IMG/VR virus record: IMGVR_UViG_3300048577_000578
Span: 1-38,773 of that record
Strand: one strand, 5' to 3'
DNA: 38,773 bases
Source: a virus
Taxonomy: Duplodnaviria; Caudoviricetes
Below, in pieces: positions 26,613 through 35,979 of this stretch. Every line of letters begins with the position of its first letter. Positions within the stretch are counted from its first letter, which is position 1. The position numbers and the translations under genes are program-made. The notes under the pieces were generated by a model. It was not told the DNA's origin and searched no databases. It worked only from the letters and a program-made list of their open reading frames with translations.

Positions 26613-27338
26613 ATGGCTTTGGATTCAGAGGCGCGCAAAAGGTTGAACGAGATGTGGCATCGTTATAATCTTCCTTCGAGCCCAACTTGTGGGGCGTTGG
26701 GGGAGTGTAAGCAATTCTTGGTTGAAATGGATAGAATCGTTTCCTCTGATGCGAAATTGTCTGTGGATAATGATGGTCCCAAATGGGTTCCAGAAAGTGA
26801 CGAAGATTTTGCGGAGTATTTCGCTGAGAAAGATGCTTGCCGTGCTGTCCATGATTACGTGCTGACTCCCTTGACAATGTATTCCGCCGTGTTGTTGATC
26901 TATTCTGTTTTCGAACATGAATTGATCCGGGTGGCTGAAAAGATCGGTGGACAGGGCGCAATGGGTAAACCAAGCGGCTCTATTTTGAAACCAGCGGTGG
27001 AGTGTTTTTTGAGGGACGCGAAGATTGATATCAAGCAGCTTGTTTTATGGGATTACATTCCAAGGATAGAATCTATTAGGCATTGCATCGTGCATTGCTA
27101 TGGAAATCCATCGTATCTGAATACAAACTCAAAGAAGAGGTTTGACGAGGCTGTTAAAGCATTGTCGCCTATGGTCGTTATCCGGTATGAAGATAAAGTT
27201 GAGATAGATGCTCAGGCATGTAGAGCGTTTCTTTTCATTATTGCTCGTTGGTATAGAGATCTGTTTGAGCATCTGAATTGGGAAATTGATGAACAACGGT
27301 GGGATCAGCTTGTGGTTGACTTGATTCCGAGCGCATGA
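26613..27338 (+). CDS. AT-rich HEPN-like protein (moron)
   Basis: YSVFEHEL helix plus RHCIVH (Rx4H) at 27078-27095; low GC. Confidence 0.7.
   Translation: MALDSEARKRLNEMWHRYNLPSSPTCGALGECKQFLVEMDRIVSSDAKLSVDNDGPKWVPESDEDFAEYFAEKDACRAVHDYVLTPLTMYSAVLLIYSVFEHELIRVAEKIGGQGAMGKPSGSILKPAVECFLRDAKIDIKQLVLWDYIPRIESIRHCIVHCYGNPSYLNTNSKKRFDEAVKALSPMVVIRYEDKVEIDAQACRAFLFIIARWYRDLFEHLNWEIDEQRWDQLVVDLIPSA
27316..27321 (+). promoter_or_regulatory. TTGACT, 13 nt before ATG 27335
   Basis: Variant of recurrent motif; right edge of insert. Confidence 0.65.
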
Positions 27339-27760
27339 AGCTCTCCGCCGTTCTGCCGTCCGTTGCCAGCCTGATTGTCGACGAACCCTTGCTCTCCACG
27401 ATCCCGCTCATCACGGCGGCGGATGCGGAGCACAACGCGAAGCTCCAGAGAGCGATCAACGAGACCGGTCTCTGCATCGTGGCGACCGTGGCCGCCGGAC
27501 GGCTCAAAGACGCCAAGACGCCCCTTGTTCACATCGAAAGCACCGTGACGCTCTCGGTTGTCGAGAACCTTGCCCGGAACCAGTCGGGCATCACGGCGCT
27601 GGCAGTAGTCGAGCGGCTCCTTGAAACGCTGCACCGGGCGCAAGAAGGGCACGCGCGTTCATGGCTGCGGGTTGACAACGACGCCTTCGAGACCGGCCCC
27701 ATCGACGGTGGCCTCGTCGTTTACTTCGTCAACCTCACCGCAACCAGCATCAACGGATGA
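27335..27760 (+). CDS. Tail terminator-like protein
   Basis: 141 aa immediately upstream of the tail tube gene; call by position. Confidence 0.55.
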   Translation: MKLSAVLPSVASLIVDEPLLSTIPLITAADAEHNAKLQRAINETGLCIVATVAAGRLKDAKTPLVHIESTVTLSVVENLARNQSGITALAVVERLLETLHRAQEGHARSWLRVDNDAFETGPIDGGLVVYFVNLTATSING

Positions 27761-28305
27761 ACACGCGCCCCATTGTCGTCGGCAGCCACGCTTTTCTCTA
27801 CCCGGAGGGCAAGGCTTTCAGCTCGCCCGCAGCGGGCGTTTGTGGCCGTGCCGCGAAGCCCGGCGCCGCCGATACGGGCTGGATCGACCCCGGCATCGTG
27901 GACAGCCTGAAGGTGGCGAAGTCGTCCGACAAGCGGGAGATTTTCGCGCCGACGCCGGGCCAGCGCCGCCTTTACGACGTGATCGAGGTGAACCGCGACC
28001 TAAAGTTCACGCTGGCGCTCAAGGAGGCCGGGCCGCTGATGTTTGAGCACCTTTTCGGCACGCTGCCACTCGATGCGGCGAGCGGCCAATACAACCCGCT
28101 CGAAGGGGCGACCAAACGCGGCTGGGTGAAGATCCAGCAGTATGACCACACGGACGCCATCGTGAACACGGTGGACGTGTTTTGCTTCATGGAGATCGAC
28201 GGCGAGGTAGAGTTCGGCGAGGAGGCGGTGAGCTACGACCTCGTCTGCCGCGTGCTCCACTCGCCGCTCAACACTGGCTCAATCATCCCCTCGACGGCAG
28301 GATAA
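27757..28305 (+). CDS. Major tail (tube) protein
   Basis: 182 aa beta-rich, WIDPG motif; position. Confidence 0.6.
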   Translation: MNTRPIVVGSHAFLYPEGKAFSSPAAGVCGRAAKPGAADTGWIDPGIVDSLKVAKSSDKREIFAPTPGQRRLYDVIEVNRDLKFTLALKEAGPLMFEHLFGTLPLDAASGQYNPLEGATKRGWVKIQQYDHTDAIVNTVDVFCFMEIDGEVEFGEEAVSYDLVCRVLHSPLNTGSIIPSTAG

Positions 28306-28308
28306 CCC

Positions 28309-28470
28309 GTGAGCGACGACGCGGAAATCCCTCTTTTTACGGACGCGGCGCCGGTGGCGATTGCGCTTGGCGGCTCGTCCACGAACGACGCGCCGGAGCT
28401 GCGCCCGATTGCTGCCGTGGACTTCACAAACGACGACGCGGAAGCCCTTGAACCTCGGCGTTCGATTTAG
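28309..28470 (+). CDS. Small acidic hypothetical protein (53 aa, not in ORF track)
   Basis: GTG 28309 to TAG 28470 fills the gap between neighbours (MSDDAEIPLF...RRSI). Confidence 0.45.
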   Translation: MSDDAEIPLFTDAAPVAIALGGSSTNDAPELRPIAAVDFTNDDAEALEPRRSI

Positions 28471-28473
28471 CCC

Positions 28474-29076
28474 ATGTTCCTAACCGAAGGCCAAACGCCC
28501 GATCCGCCTCAGGTGATCCCGCTGCCCGGCTCGCGGGGCTACAGGGACGTGTCGCCGCACCCGGATTTGTTCGAGGACTTTGCGGACGTGTATCCAGAAC
28601 TGCTCACGCTCGGCAGCCTTTGGGGCACGGGTCCGACCGAGCCGACGTATCCCGATGATGACGACGACGATCCGCCGGTCGTGAACCCGCCCGAAACCCG
28701 CGACTGGGGTGACGGCAGCTTTGACGAGACGCTCACGCTCGGAGCCGGGCTCACGGCAACGGAGACGAGCACGGCGGTCTACGTCGAGGCGCTGGCCGAT
28801 TCGCCCGACGCCTTTGCCATCGGCGTTGCGCTCTCCGCGACCGAGACGACGACGATGATCTCCCTTGCGCTGCCGACGGACGGCATGACTTTCGGTGCGG
28901 CGCTTGGCGTTACAGAGACGGACACGGGCCGCTACCTCGCGCCGGAGTGCGACCCGGTTGACATCGGCCTGTCGCTCGAAGTGAGCGAGACCGAAACGAC
29001 GACGACCGCCGACTCTTCCGAGGCCCTCGCCCTCGGCATCGCGCTCACCCTCACCGAAACCTCGACCGTCCTATGA
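28474..29076 (+). CDS. Acidic Thr-rich protein with five internal repeats
   Basis: Repeats such as LTLGAGLTATETST and LALGIALTLTETST. Confidence 0.7.
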   Translation: MFLTEGQTPDPPQVIPLPGSRGYRDVSPHPDLFEDFADVYPELLTLGSLWGTGPTEPTYPDDDDDDPPVVNPPETRDWGDGSFDETLTLGAGLTATETSTAVYVEALADSPDAFAIGVALSATETTTMISLALPTDGMTFGAALGVTETDTGRYLAPECDPVDIGLSLEVSETETTTTADSSEALALGIALTLTETSTVL

Positions 29077-30125
29077 ACATCCCGCTTGGCATTTCCGGCA
29101 TCTATGACCTCGCGCTTCGCAACGCCCGCACGGGTTTAGTTACGGAGCTTGGCCGTGTCAGGAACCTCATCACGGATGCAGGCTTCGACGCTCCGGCGCG
29201 CTACGCATTCGCCAAGTGCTTCGAGGTCATCGCAGTCGGCACGGGACGCACGGCGGCGAAGGCGACGGATACGAAGCTGGAGGCGTTTGTCGCCAAGAGC
29301 ACCACGTACGCGACAGGCGGCAGCACGATCAACGGTGTGAACTTTCCGAACGCCGCGACGAACGACTACACGGTGCGCGAACTCTTCCGCACCTTCCTTG
29401 CCTACCAGAATCGGAGCGGCGCGGCGGTGGCGATCGGTGAACTCGGCGTCTCGTGGGAGAACGTGGATAACCCGACGCTCTTCAGCCGCATCGTGCTGAC
29501 GGACGCGGTCAGCGTGCCCGATGGCTTCGATTTGCTTGTCCGCTACACGCTGCGCTTCCAGCTCCCGAAGGACATCTTCCGCACATGGAAGGCGACGACG
29601 TTGGCCATCGGATCGACGCAGGTGCCCGGCAAGCTGACGATGGCGGCGTATTACTACAAGACCGATTCGTCTGCGTATTTCGGCCTCTCCTGCATCAATG
29701 CCGACGGCACGAGCGCGAACGTCCTCACGGGCACAGGCACGGACGCGGGTAGGGCGCACCCATTTTTCGGCCTGCTGGAGCCATCCTCCATCGGCAGCGG
29801 TATTGCGGGCGCGATCGACAGTAACACGAGCGACGACGCCACGTATTGCCTTGGCGTCGGCAACGCGCTTGGCGGCGTGCTGGTGGACTATGTCGCAGGC
29901 AGCGGCGTTGTTATTAAGAGGTTCACTTTCCCGGCGTCCAAACTGCCGGGACGCACGGATTTGCGCACTATAGCTGTCGGTATGACAGGTGGTAGCAGTT
30001 CCAATCTTTCCAGCGGCAACAATGCCTACGCGCACCAGATTCGCTTTCAATCTGACGCTGTCTTCACGAAGGCGGCGACGGTGCAGTGGGACATCGACCT
30101 GACGCTCACCTGGGCGCGGGCGTAA
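29073..30125 (+). CDS. Virion/tail-associated structural protein
   Basis: NLITDAG...IAVGTG...DTKL...IGELGV...LFSR pattern of tail/baseplate proteins. Confidence 0.7.
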   Translation: MNIPLGISGIYDLALRNARTGLVTELGRVRNLITDAGFDAPARYAFAKCFEVIAVGTGRTAAKATDTKLEAFVAKSTTYATGGSTINGVNFPNAATNDYTVRELFRTFLAYQNRSGAAVAIGELGVSWENVDNPTLFSRIVLTDAVSVPDGFDLLVRYTLRFQLPKDIFRTWKATTLAIGSTQVPGKLTMAAYYYKTDSSAYFGLSCINADGTSANVLTGTGTDAGRAHPFFGLLEPSSIGSGIAGAIDSNTSDDATYCLGVGNALGGVLVDYVAGSGVVIKRFTFPASKLPGRTDLRTIAVGMTGGSSSNLSSGNNAYAHQIRFQSDAVFTKAATVQWDIDLTLTWARA

Positions 30126-30168
30126 TTTTGGGGCAACGCAACTCGAACTATTCGAAAATGTCGAACAC

Positions 30169-30570
30169 ATGGACAAGACAACTTTGATCGCCCTCGGCGG
30201 GCAGGAACTGGACGTGACGCACTTGGACGGCACTACGGAGCGCGTGCTCGTGCGCCTCCTCAAGATCGCGGAACTGCCGCGCTACTTTGAACTTGTGGAG
30301 AACGAAGGGCCGCTCGCGGCGTTTGTCTGCGGGAAGCCTGACGACTGGCCGGACGCGCTGACGGCGGAGAGCCTGCTCGACATCTGCGAGGCGGCGCACG
30401 ACCTCAATTTTCAGAATGCCCGCCGATGGGCCGAGCGGCGGGCGCGTCAGACGGAGGCGCTCCTGCCCGTCGCCGAAACGGGACTGCGCGTGAAGCAGGC
30501 CTTGGGGAGTGCCTCGCAGACTGCGGCCTCATCCTCGGAAAAACGCCCGCCGAGATTGCCCAAAGTGTAA
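30169..30570 (+). CDS. Tail assembly chaperone (gpG-like)
   Basis: Position upstream of tape measure; overlapped by an open -1 frame. Confidence 0.65.
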   Translation: MDKTTLIALGGQELDVTHLDGTTERVLVRLLKIAELPRYFELVENEGPLAAFVCGKPDDWPDALTAESLLDICEAAHDLNFQNARRWAERRARQTEALLPVAETGLRVKQALGSASQTAASSSEKRPPRLPKV

Positions 30571-30755
30571 GCCTGCCGGAGCTGTTTCTCGTCCTCCGCC
30601 GCAACGACCGCAAGGAGGCCGACAGGTTGCTAGTTCAGATGGACGTGGCGTTTCTATCAGCCGCCGCGCCGTGGTCAGCAAAGGCCGGGAGGATGCTGGA
30701 GAGGTGGCGGGCGGGTTTCCTCAATTCGGACAAGAATATCACTTTTTCGCGGTAA
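30501..30755 (+). CDS. Probable -1 frameshift extension of the chaperone (gpT-like)
   Basis: -1 frame reads LGECLADCGLILGKTPAEIAQ... with no nearby initiator; G GAA AAA at 30537-30543. Confidence 0.5.
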   Translation, partial: LGECLADCGLILGKTPAEIAQSVSLPELFLVLRRNDRKEADRLLVQMDVAFLSAAAPWSAKAGRMLERWRAGFLNSDKNITFSR

Positions 30756-31665
30756 GCGTATTTTCACCAGACGCGTACTGTTTGCTTAAGGAATTCAGTG
30801 TCTGATTCCGTTCTTGTATAGCTATTCGGGCGTCATCCCAATTGAGACATAAATCAACATGATCAGGAAGAGTTCCGTTTGGGGCTTTGCGACAGGCGGA
30901 CAACCCTAATGTATTTCCATTGTTATGTGACGCATACTTAACGGTTGCTTCATCCATGAGTCTTCGACTCCCAGAGACTTCATCCGTTATTAGTTTTCGA
31001 ATACTATCTTGTATTCTACTTGTGCATTCCATGTATGTTCGTATATATGGCTTGATGGGTATCTTGTCTGGCATCTTTGCAATTAAAGCCTTAAAATCTT
31101 TAGGCCTTTTCACGTCAGATGAATCCGTTATTTTACTTTTGCTTATATACGGATCAATAGTAGTTATTATCCATCGTGCACCATTTTTTTCTTCTGCTTT
31201 TTGGCATGTCTGAAATGAATCTGGTGTTAAATTTGCATGCTGGGCTACATTTCTTAAGTAATATATTGTCTGATATTCTAAAGAAGTTAATTCTTCTTTT
31301 TCGAAAATGGTATCAACGCTCTCTTTCGCAGATGCGTCTTTGATGCGCTTTACATGTTTTTTGACTTGGTCCTGGTATTGCCTAGATAGACTTAGTATTG
31401 TCACGAGCCTTCTCATCATAAGCGTTTGAGTGTATACAGAATCTATGTAGCTATTGTTGCTGTAGACTGTGTATCTAATAGCTTCAGATAGCATGGTGCT
31501 TTCCCATTCTATGTATGACGTTACCAGCGCATCATATAAAATTTCAATTTGCAGGGCGGAACTTAAACATGATTTGGCTGCTTTATAGTGCTGATAATCT
31601 TCCTTTGTGATAGGCAGCTCAGGAAACCTACCCATCACATATACTCGTAGTATGTAAGTGTCCAT
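30739..31665 (-). CDS. AT-rich HEPN-like protein (moron)
   Basis: LRNVAQH (Rx4H) at 31237-31254; helical; low GC; opposite strand. Confidence 0.7.
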   Translation of the reverse strand: MDTYILRVYVMGRFPELPITKEDYQHYKAAKSCLSSALQIEILYDALVTSYIEWESTMLSEAIRYTVYSNNSYIDSVYTQTLMMRRLVTILSLSRQYQDQVKKHVKRIKDASAKESVDTIFEKEELTSLEYQTIYYLRNVAQHANLTPDSFQTCQKAEEKNGARWIITTIDPYISKSKITDSSDVKRPKDFKALIAKMPDKIPIKPYIRTYMECTSRIQDSIRKLITDEVSGSRRLMDEATVKYASHNNGNTLGLSACRKAPNGTLPDHVDLCLNWDDARIAIQERNQTLNSLSKQYASGENTLTAKK

Positions 31666-31719
31666 AATGATAATTGACGTGGAATAGCATGTCGGTTGTG
31701 TTCATATTGTGCAAGCCAG

Positions 31720-31725
31720 TTGACA
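31720..31725 (+). promoter_or_regulatory. TTGACA, 13 nt before ATG 31739
   Basis: Recurrent motif; right edge of insert. Confidence 0.7.
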
Positions 31726-31738
31726 CTCTCCGCCCACG

Positions 31739-34165
31739 ATGGCGGATGCCCGTGTCAGTGTTTTGATTGATCTGCGCTCGAAGCTCGCGGGCTTGGAGGC
31801 GGCGGCGCAGGGATTTGCTGGGCTCATCAAGCTGGCCGCCGGGTTCGCCACGGCGTATCTCAGCGTGCGCTCGGTCGTCGCCGGTGCGCGGGATATCATC
31901 GACCTTGGCGCTGAACTGGAGCACCTCAAGGCACGCACAGGCGAGTCCGCGTCGCGGATGCTCGTTTTCCGGCAGGCACTGGCCGACATCGGCGTGGACG
32001 CGAAGAAGGGCGAACAGGCGCTCGACTCTCTCACTCAGAAGGTCCGCAACGCGATCGGCAAGACCGGTGCACAGGCGAACCTCCTTTCCCAGCTCGGCCT
32101 CGACCCCGAGAAGCTGAACGCGATGGGCAAGCTCGACCGCTTCGAAGCCGTGGCCGAGGCCCTGCGCAACACGAGCGACGAGAGCCTCCGCACGCAGGCG
32201 GCGATGGAGCTTCTCGACGGCTCGGCGGGCGAACTCTTTGCCCTCATTGACAACCCCGATGCAATGGCTGACGCCGCTCGCTCGATCGGCCACATGGGCG
32301 AAGTCATGGACCGAAACAGCGCGGCGTTCGAGCGCGCCGGGACGCTGTTTGACCGTCTGAAGAACAAGGGCCGCCAGCTGTTTGCGGGCATCGGCGACAT
32401 TCTGATCGACGACCTGCTCGGGCCCCTCGAAGAGGCGAATTCCTTCGACTTCACCTCGCTCGGCCAGCACATCGGTGCGTTCGTGCAGGTGGGCATCAAC
32501 GCGTTCAAGGACGGCCACTTTGCGGAGTTCATCGGCCTTGTCATCGAGGCGGGTTTCGAGCAGGGCATCGCGGCGGCGAAGAAGCTCTGGGACGCGGCGT
32601 TCGGCAGCGGCTCGGGCGGCTTCTGGGCGAGCGTCCTCAACGGTGTCATGACCTTCAGCGTGAAGATTGTGGGCGGCTTGATCGACGCCTTCGAGGTGCC
32701 GATTGCCTACCTTTCGGCTGGCTTCCGATGGGTAGCCTCGCTTCTGCGCTACGGCTTGGAAAGCGCGGCGATCGCGGTCAGTGCGGCCTTCGGCACGGTC
32801 ATCAACTTCATCGCGTCGGGCTTCGAGCGCGTGCTCAACTACGTGATTGGCCGCGTGAATGCGATCACCGCCGCGCTGCCGTTCACGGACGGCACGCAGA
32901 TCGGCGCAGTCGAGATCGGGCGCGTCGAATGGAGGCAGGGCGAGGTCGAGGGCCCGGCGGCGTATAGCGACTTGCTCGACGAGCAGAAACAGGGCCTCTC
33001 CGCGATCGGCGATGGCGTGAAGGGCTACCTCAATACGAACCTCGACGAGTCGCGGAAAATACTCGGCCTTGAAACTGACGAAATGGGCAGCCAGCTCTCC
33101 GCGACCGAGCGCCTCAATGCGCTCATCGAGGAGCAGATTGCCCTGCGCGAACAGGTGGGCGCAGGTGACGCAACCGTGCCCCCCAAGCGCGAGGTGACGA
33201 ACGCCGAGCCCGTTTACCCGGCTGAAAAGACCTTTGTTCAGAAGAGCGATGACCAGTTTGGCCAGTATCAGAACGGCATCGGCGACTTTGGCGTTGGCGA
33301 GATCGACGCGGCGCGGGCCGCCTTGCAGGATCTCGTCGTCGAAATGGGCACGGTGGCGCAGCAGGTCTACGGCGTCATCGGCAGCGTCGCGGGCAGTTTC
33401 CGCACGTCCCTTGGCGATAGCATTACGGGGCTCATCAACCGCACGATGGACTGGAGCGACGCCCTGCGGAACATCGGCTCCAGCGTCGTGCAATCGATCA
33501 TCCAGAGCTTCGCCGACATGGCCGCCGCGTGGATTACGAAGCAGCTCGTCATGTTCGCGCTCGGGCAGAAACTGAAGGCTGCGGACAGCGCGACGACTGC
33601 CGCCAAGGGCGCTGCCGACGCGGCCTCGATGGCCCCGGCTGCGGCCACGGCGTCCATCGCGTCCTTCGGTGCGGCGGCGGCGATCGGCTTGGCACTCGTC
33701 CTTGGGGCGATGGCGATCTTCGGCGGCTTCGCGGAAGGCGGCTGGACGGGCGCGGGCGGCAAGTATGACCCGGCGGGCATCGTGCACGCGGGCGAGGACG
33801 TGTTCAGCCAGTCGAACATCGCGCTCTGGGGCCGTGGCAGCGAGGGCCTGAAAAACGTGGAGCTGCTCCGCCGCGTCGGCCCGGCTGCACTGCCCACGGT
33901 GGCCAATCGCACGGGCACGTCTCACGCGATGATGGGCCAGTTGCGCCTGAACCGTCCCGGCTACGCGCTCGGCGGGATCGTCGGCAGCAGCGTGGCAATG
34001 GCGGACATTCAGAAGGAGGTTGCGGCGGGCAAGGTTGACTCGGGCGGCAGCGAGAAGCGCCGCGTCGAGGCGTTCCTTTTCCACGACAAGCGAACGAAGA
34101 ACGACATCCTCGCCAGCCCCGAACTGGAGGACGCGGTTCTCCGCATTATTGAACTCAACTCATGA
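31739..34165 (+). CDS. Tape measure protein
   Basis: 808 aa Ala/Gly-rich helical; C-terminal GFAEGGWTG.GGKYDPAGIVHAGE motif. Confidence 0.92.
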   Translation: MADARVSVLIDLRSKLAGLEAAAQGFAGLIKLAAGFATAYLSVRSVVAGARDIIDLGAELEHLKARTGESASRMLVFRQALADIGVDAKKGEQALDSLTQKVRNAIGKTGAQANLLSQLGLDPEKLNAMGKLDRFEAVAEALRNTSDESLRTQAAMELLDGSAGELFALIDNPDAMADAARSIGHMGEVMDRNSAAFERAGTLFDRLKNKGRQLFAGIGDILIDDLLGPLEEANSFDFTSLGQHIGAFVQVGINAFKDGHFAEFIGLVIEAGFEQGIAAAKKLWDAAFGSGSGGFWASVLNGVMTFSVKIVGGLIDAFEVPIAYLSAGFRWVASLLRYGLESAAIAVSAAFGTVINFIASGFERVLNYVIGRVNAITAALPFTDGTQIGAVEIGRVEWRQGEVEGPAAYSDLLDEQKQGLSAIGDGVKGYLNTNLDESRKILGLETDEMGSQLSATERLNALIEEQIALREQVGAGDATVPPKREVTNAEPVYPAEKTFVQKSDDQFGQYQNGIGDFGVGEIDAARAALQDLVVEMGTVAQQVYGVIGSVAGSFRTSLGDSITGLINRTMDWSDALRNIGSSVVQSIIQSFADMAAAWITKQLVMFALGQKLKAADSATTAAKGAADAASMAPAAATASIASFGAAAAIGLALVLGAMAIFGGFAEGGWTGAGGKYDPAGIVHAGEDVFSQSNIALWGRGSEGLKNVELLRRVGPAALPTVANRTGTSHAMMGQLRLNRPGYALGGIVGSSVAMADIQKEVAAGKVDSGGSEKRRVEAFLFHDKRTKNDILASPELEDAVLRIIELNS

Positions 34166-35916
34166 GCCTGCACACGATCACTTTGAACGGCGAAAGCGTC
34201 CTCCTTTTCCTCGCGCCTGTGGACTGGGCGGAGGGCGTCGCGATCACGCACCGGCTGGATGCCGAGGTGGATGAGGGGCTGACTGGCCTTGAGTCGCGGC
34301 GGCCTCGCTACGGTGCGCTGCGGATGGAAATGAGCTTTACGGCGTTGGTCACGGGCGCCGACGTGGGGACGCTCCGCGAAGGGCTGCGCTCTACGGCTAG
34401 GCTGCGCGTGGCGGTGCCTCTCTGGCCGGATTTGCTGGAATCGGGCACGGCTGCTGCGGGTATCTACACCGCGCCGAACGTTCTCCAGTGGAACATGGAC
34501 ACGGGGGCCTACGCTGTGAACAAGGCGACTGCGCTCCATCCGCTGCGGGCTCCGCTTCTCATCGGTCGTTTGTCGGATGAACCGGAGATGGAGGTGCTGG
34601 GTGGCGGGCTTGTCGCCGTGACGATGAAGGTCGTCGAGGATAGCCCGTATGCCGAGCGCATCGGGCTCAACGCGGTCGATGTCGGCGGCGACTGGCCCGT
34701 GGACCTCATGCCGGACTGGAAGAAGAACGCGGCTGGCATCCAGCACCGCGCCGAGGCATCACAGGTAGGAGAGGGGCGAGAGCGGCACGTGGAGGGCGTC
34801 GAGAGCCTCGTCCGCATGACGCAACAGGCGAATTTCGTTCTGCATGACGCGTCGCGCATACGGCGGCTCCTGTCCTTCTACCGCGCCCGTCGAGGCCGTG
34901 CGGAGAGCTTCGTCATGCCGTTCTGTTTGCAGACTGGGACGACTGCGATTCATCACGGGCGTTTCCGCTTCGCCAAGGATGGGCTGAAAGTGACGTTCAA
35001 CGCGCTGGGTGTGGCCGAGGCGGCGGTGTCGTTTGTCGAGGCCCCGGACTTTGTTGGCGAGGAACAAGCGCGTGCTGCGACGGCTTACCTTTTCGAGTTC
35101 GTTTACGAGGTGCCGAGCCCCGTCATCTACCGCTACACGAACTACGAAAAGCCGCTCGTCTACGCGGGGCACACTTACGAGCCGCAGAAGATCGAGCACG
35201 GCAATCGCAAGCAGAGCACCAATCCCGCAAAGGACGAACTGACTGTGACTTGCGGCGAGTTCACGGACAGTCTCGGGCGGCGTAACCCGCTCTGGCAGCG
35301 CGTGGGGCATGGGCTGGAGCGGCGGCTGCTCCTGACCGTTTACGCATGCAACCCGGCGTCGCCGAATGACTCGGCAAGCGTCTACTGGCGGGGCAGTTGC
35401 GGCGAAGTGACGCCGACGGGGCGGCTCTGGAAGGCTAAGTGCGTGCCCTATGCCGGGCGGCTGGATTCGATGGCCCCGGCGACGATCCTCAAATCCGGCT
35501 GCAACAACTTCTTTTGTGACAAACTGTGCGATCCGGCGGGCACGATTCGCGCCGCGCTGACGACGACGGGGGCGGTTTCCGGCGCGTCGGGCACGGTGCT
35601 CAAGATCGCGGGCCACAACCATCCGGACGGCTACTTCGCGGGCGGCTGGGTGGAAGTGGGCGAGGGCGACGCGCACGAGTTCCGGGCGATCCAGACGAGC
35701 CGCAAGACCACAACCGGCATTGAGCTAATCCTGCAACGCCCGCTCCTGCGCTCGCACGCGGGTGAAACCGCAACCTTTCTGCCCGACTGCGACGGCCAAC
35801 CGTCAAGGTGCAAAGCCTACGGCAACTACGCGAGGTTCCGGGGCTTCCCGTTCATCCCTGCCGACAACCCGACGCTGCCCGATTCAAACGTGGACATGGA
35901 TTACTCGAAGAAGTGA
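34162..35916 (+). CDS. Distal tail/hub protein with BR0599-like C-terminus
   Basis: FYRARRGR, YRYT, GYFAGG, C-terminal PDCDG...C...N..RFRGFPFIP. Confidence 0.8.
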   Translation: MSLHTITLNGESVLLFLAPVDWAEGVAITHRLDAEVDEGLTGLESRRPRYGALRMEMSFTALVTGADVGTLREGLRSTARLRVAVPLWPDLLESGTAAAGIYTAPNVLQWNMDTGAYAVNKATALHPLRAPLLIGRLSDEPEMEVLGGGLVAVTMKVVEDSPYAERIGLNAVDVGGDWPVDLMPDWKKNAAGIQHRAEASQVGEGRERHVEGVESLVRMTQQANFVLHDASRIRRLLSFYRARRGRAESFVMPFCLQTGTTAIHHGRFRFAKDGLKVTFNALGVAEAAVSFVEAPDFVGEEQARAATAYLFEFVYEVPSPVIYRYTNYEKPLVYAGHTYEPQKIEHGNRKQSTNPAKDELTVTCGEFTDSLGRRNPLWQRVGHGLERRLLLTVYACNPASPNDSASVYWRGSCGEVTPTGRLWKAKCVPYAGRLDSMAPATILKSGCNNFFCDKLCDPAGTIRAALTTTGAVSGASGTVLKIAGHNHPDGYFAGGWVEVGEGDAHEFRAIQTSRKTTTGIELILQRPLLRSHAGETATFLPDCDGQPSRCKAYGNYARFRGFPFIPADNPTLPDSNVDMDYSKK

Positions 35917-35979
35917 GGTGGTTTGTTTTGTGAAAATTCTTGCGTTACCAAGGGTTTTGGGTTGTTTTTCGAAGAAAAT

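Noticed and set aside
10429-28963. Other TTGACA hits (10429, near 11330 and 11385, near 27672, 28958)
   Set aside because: Not 13-15 nt from a supported gene start; treated as background and excluded from the motif count.
115-34084. Long antisense or alternate-frame ORFs (e.g. 115-1575, 8006-9607, 18701-20011, 31628-34084)
   Set aside because: Shadow ORFs of GC-rich genes; they overlap well-supported CDSs and show no motifs.
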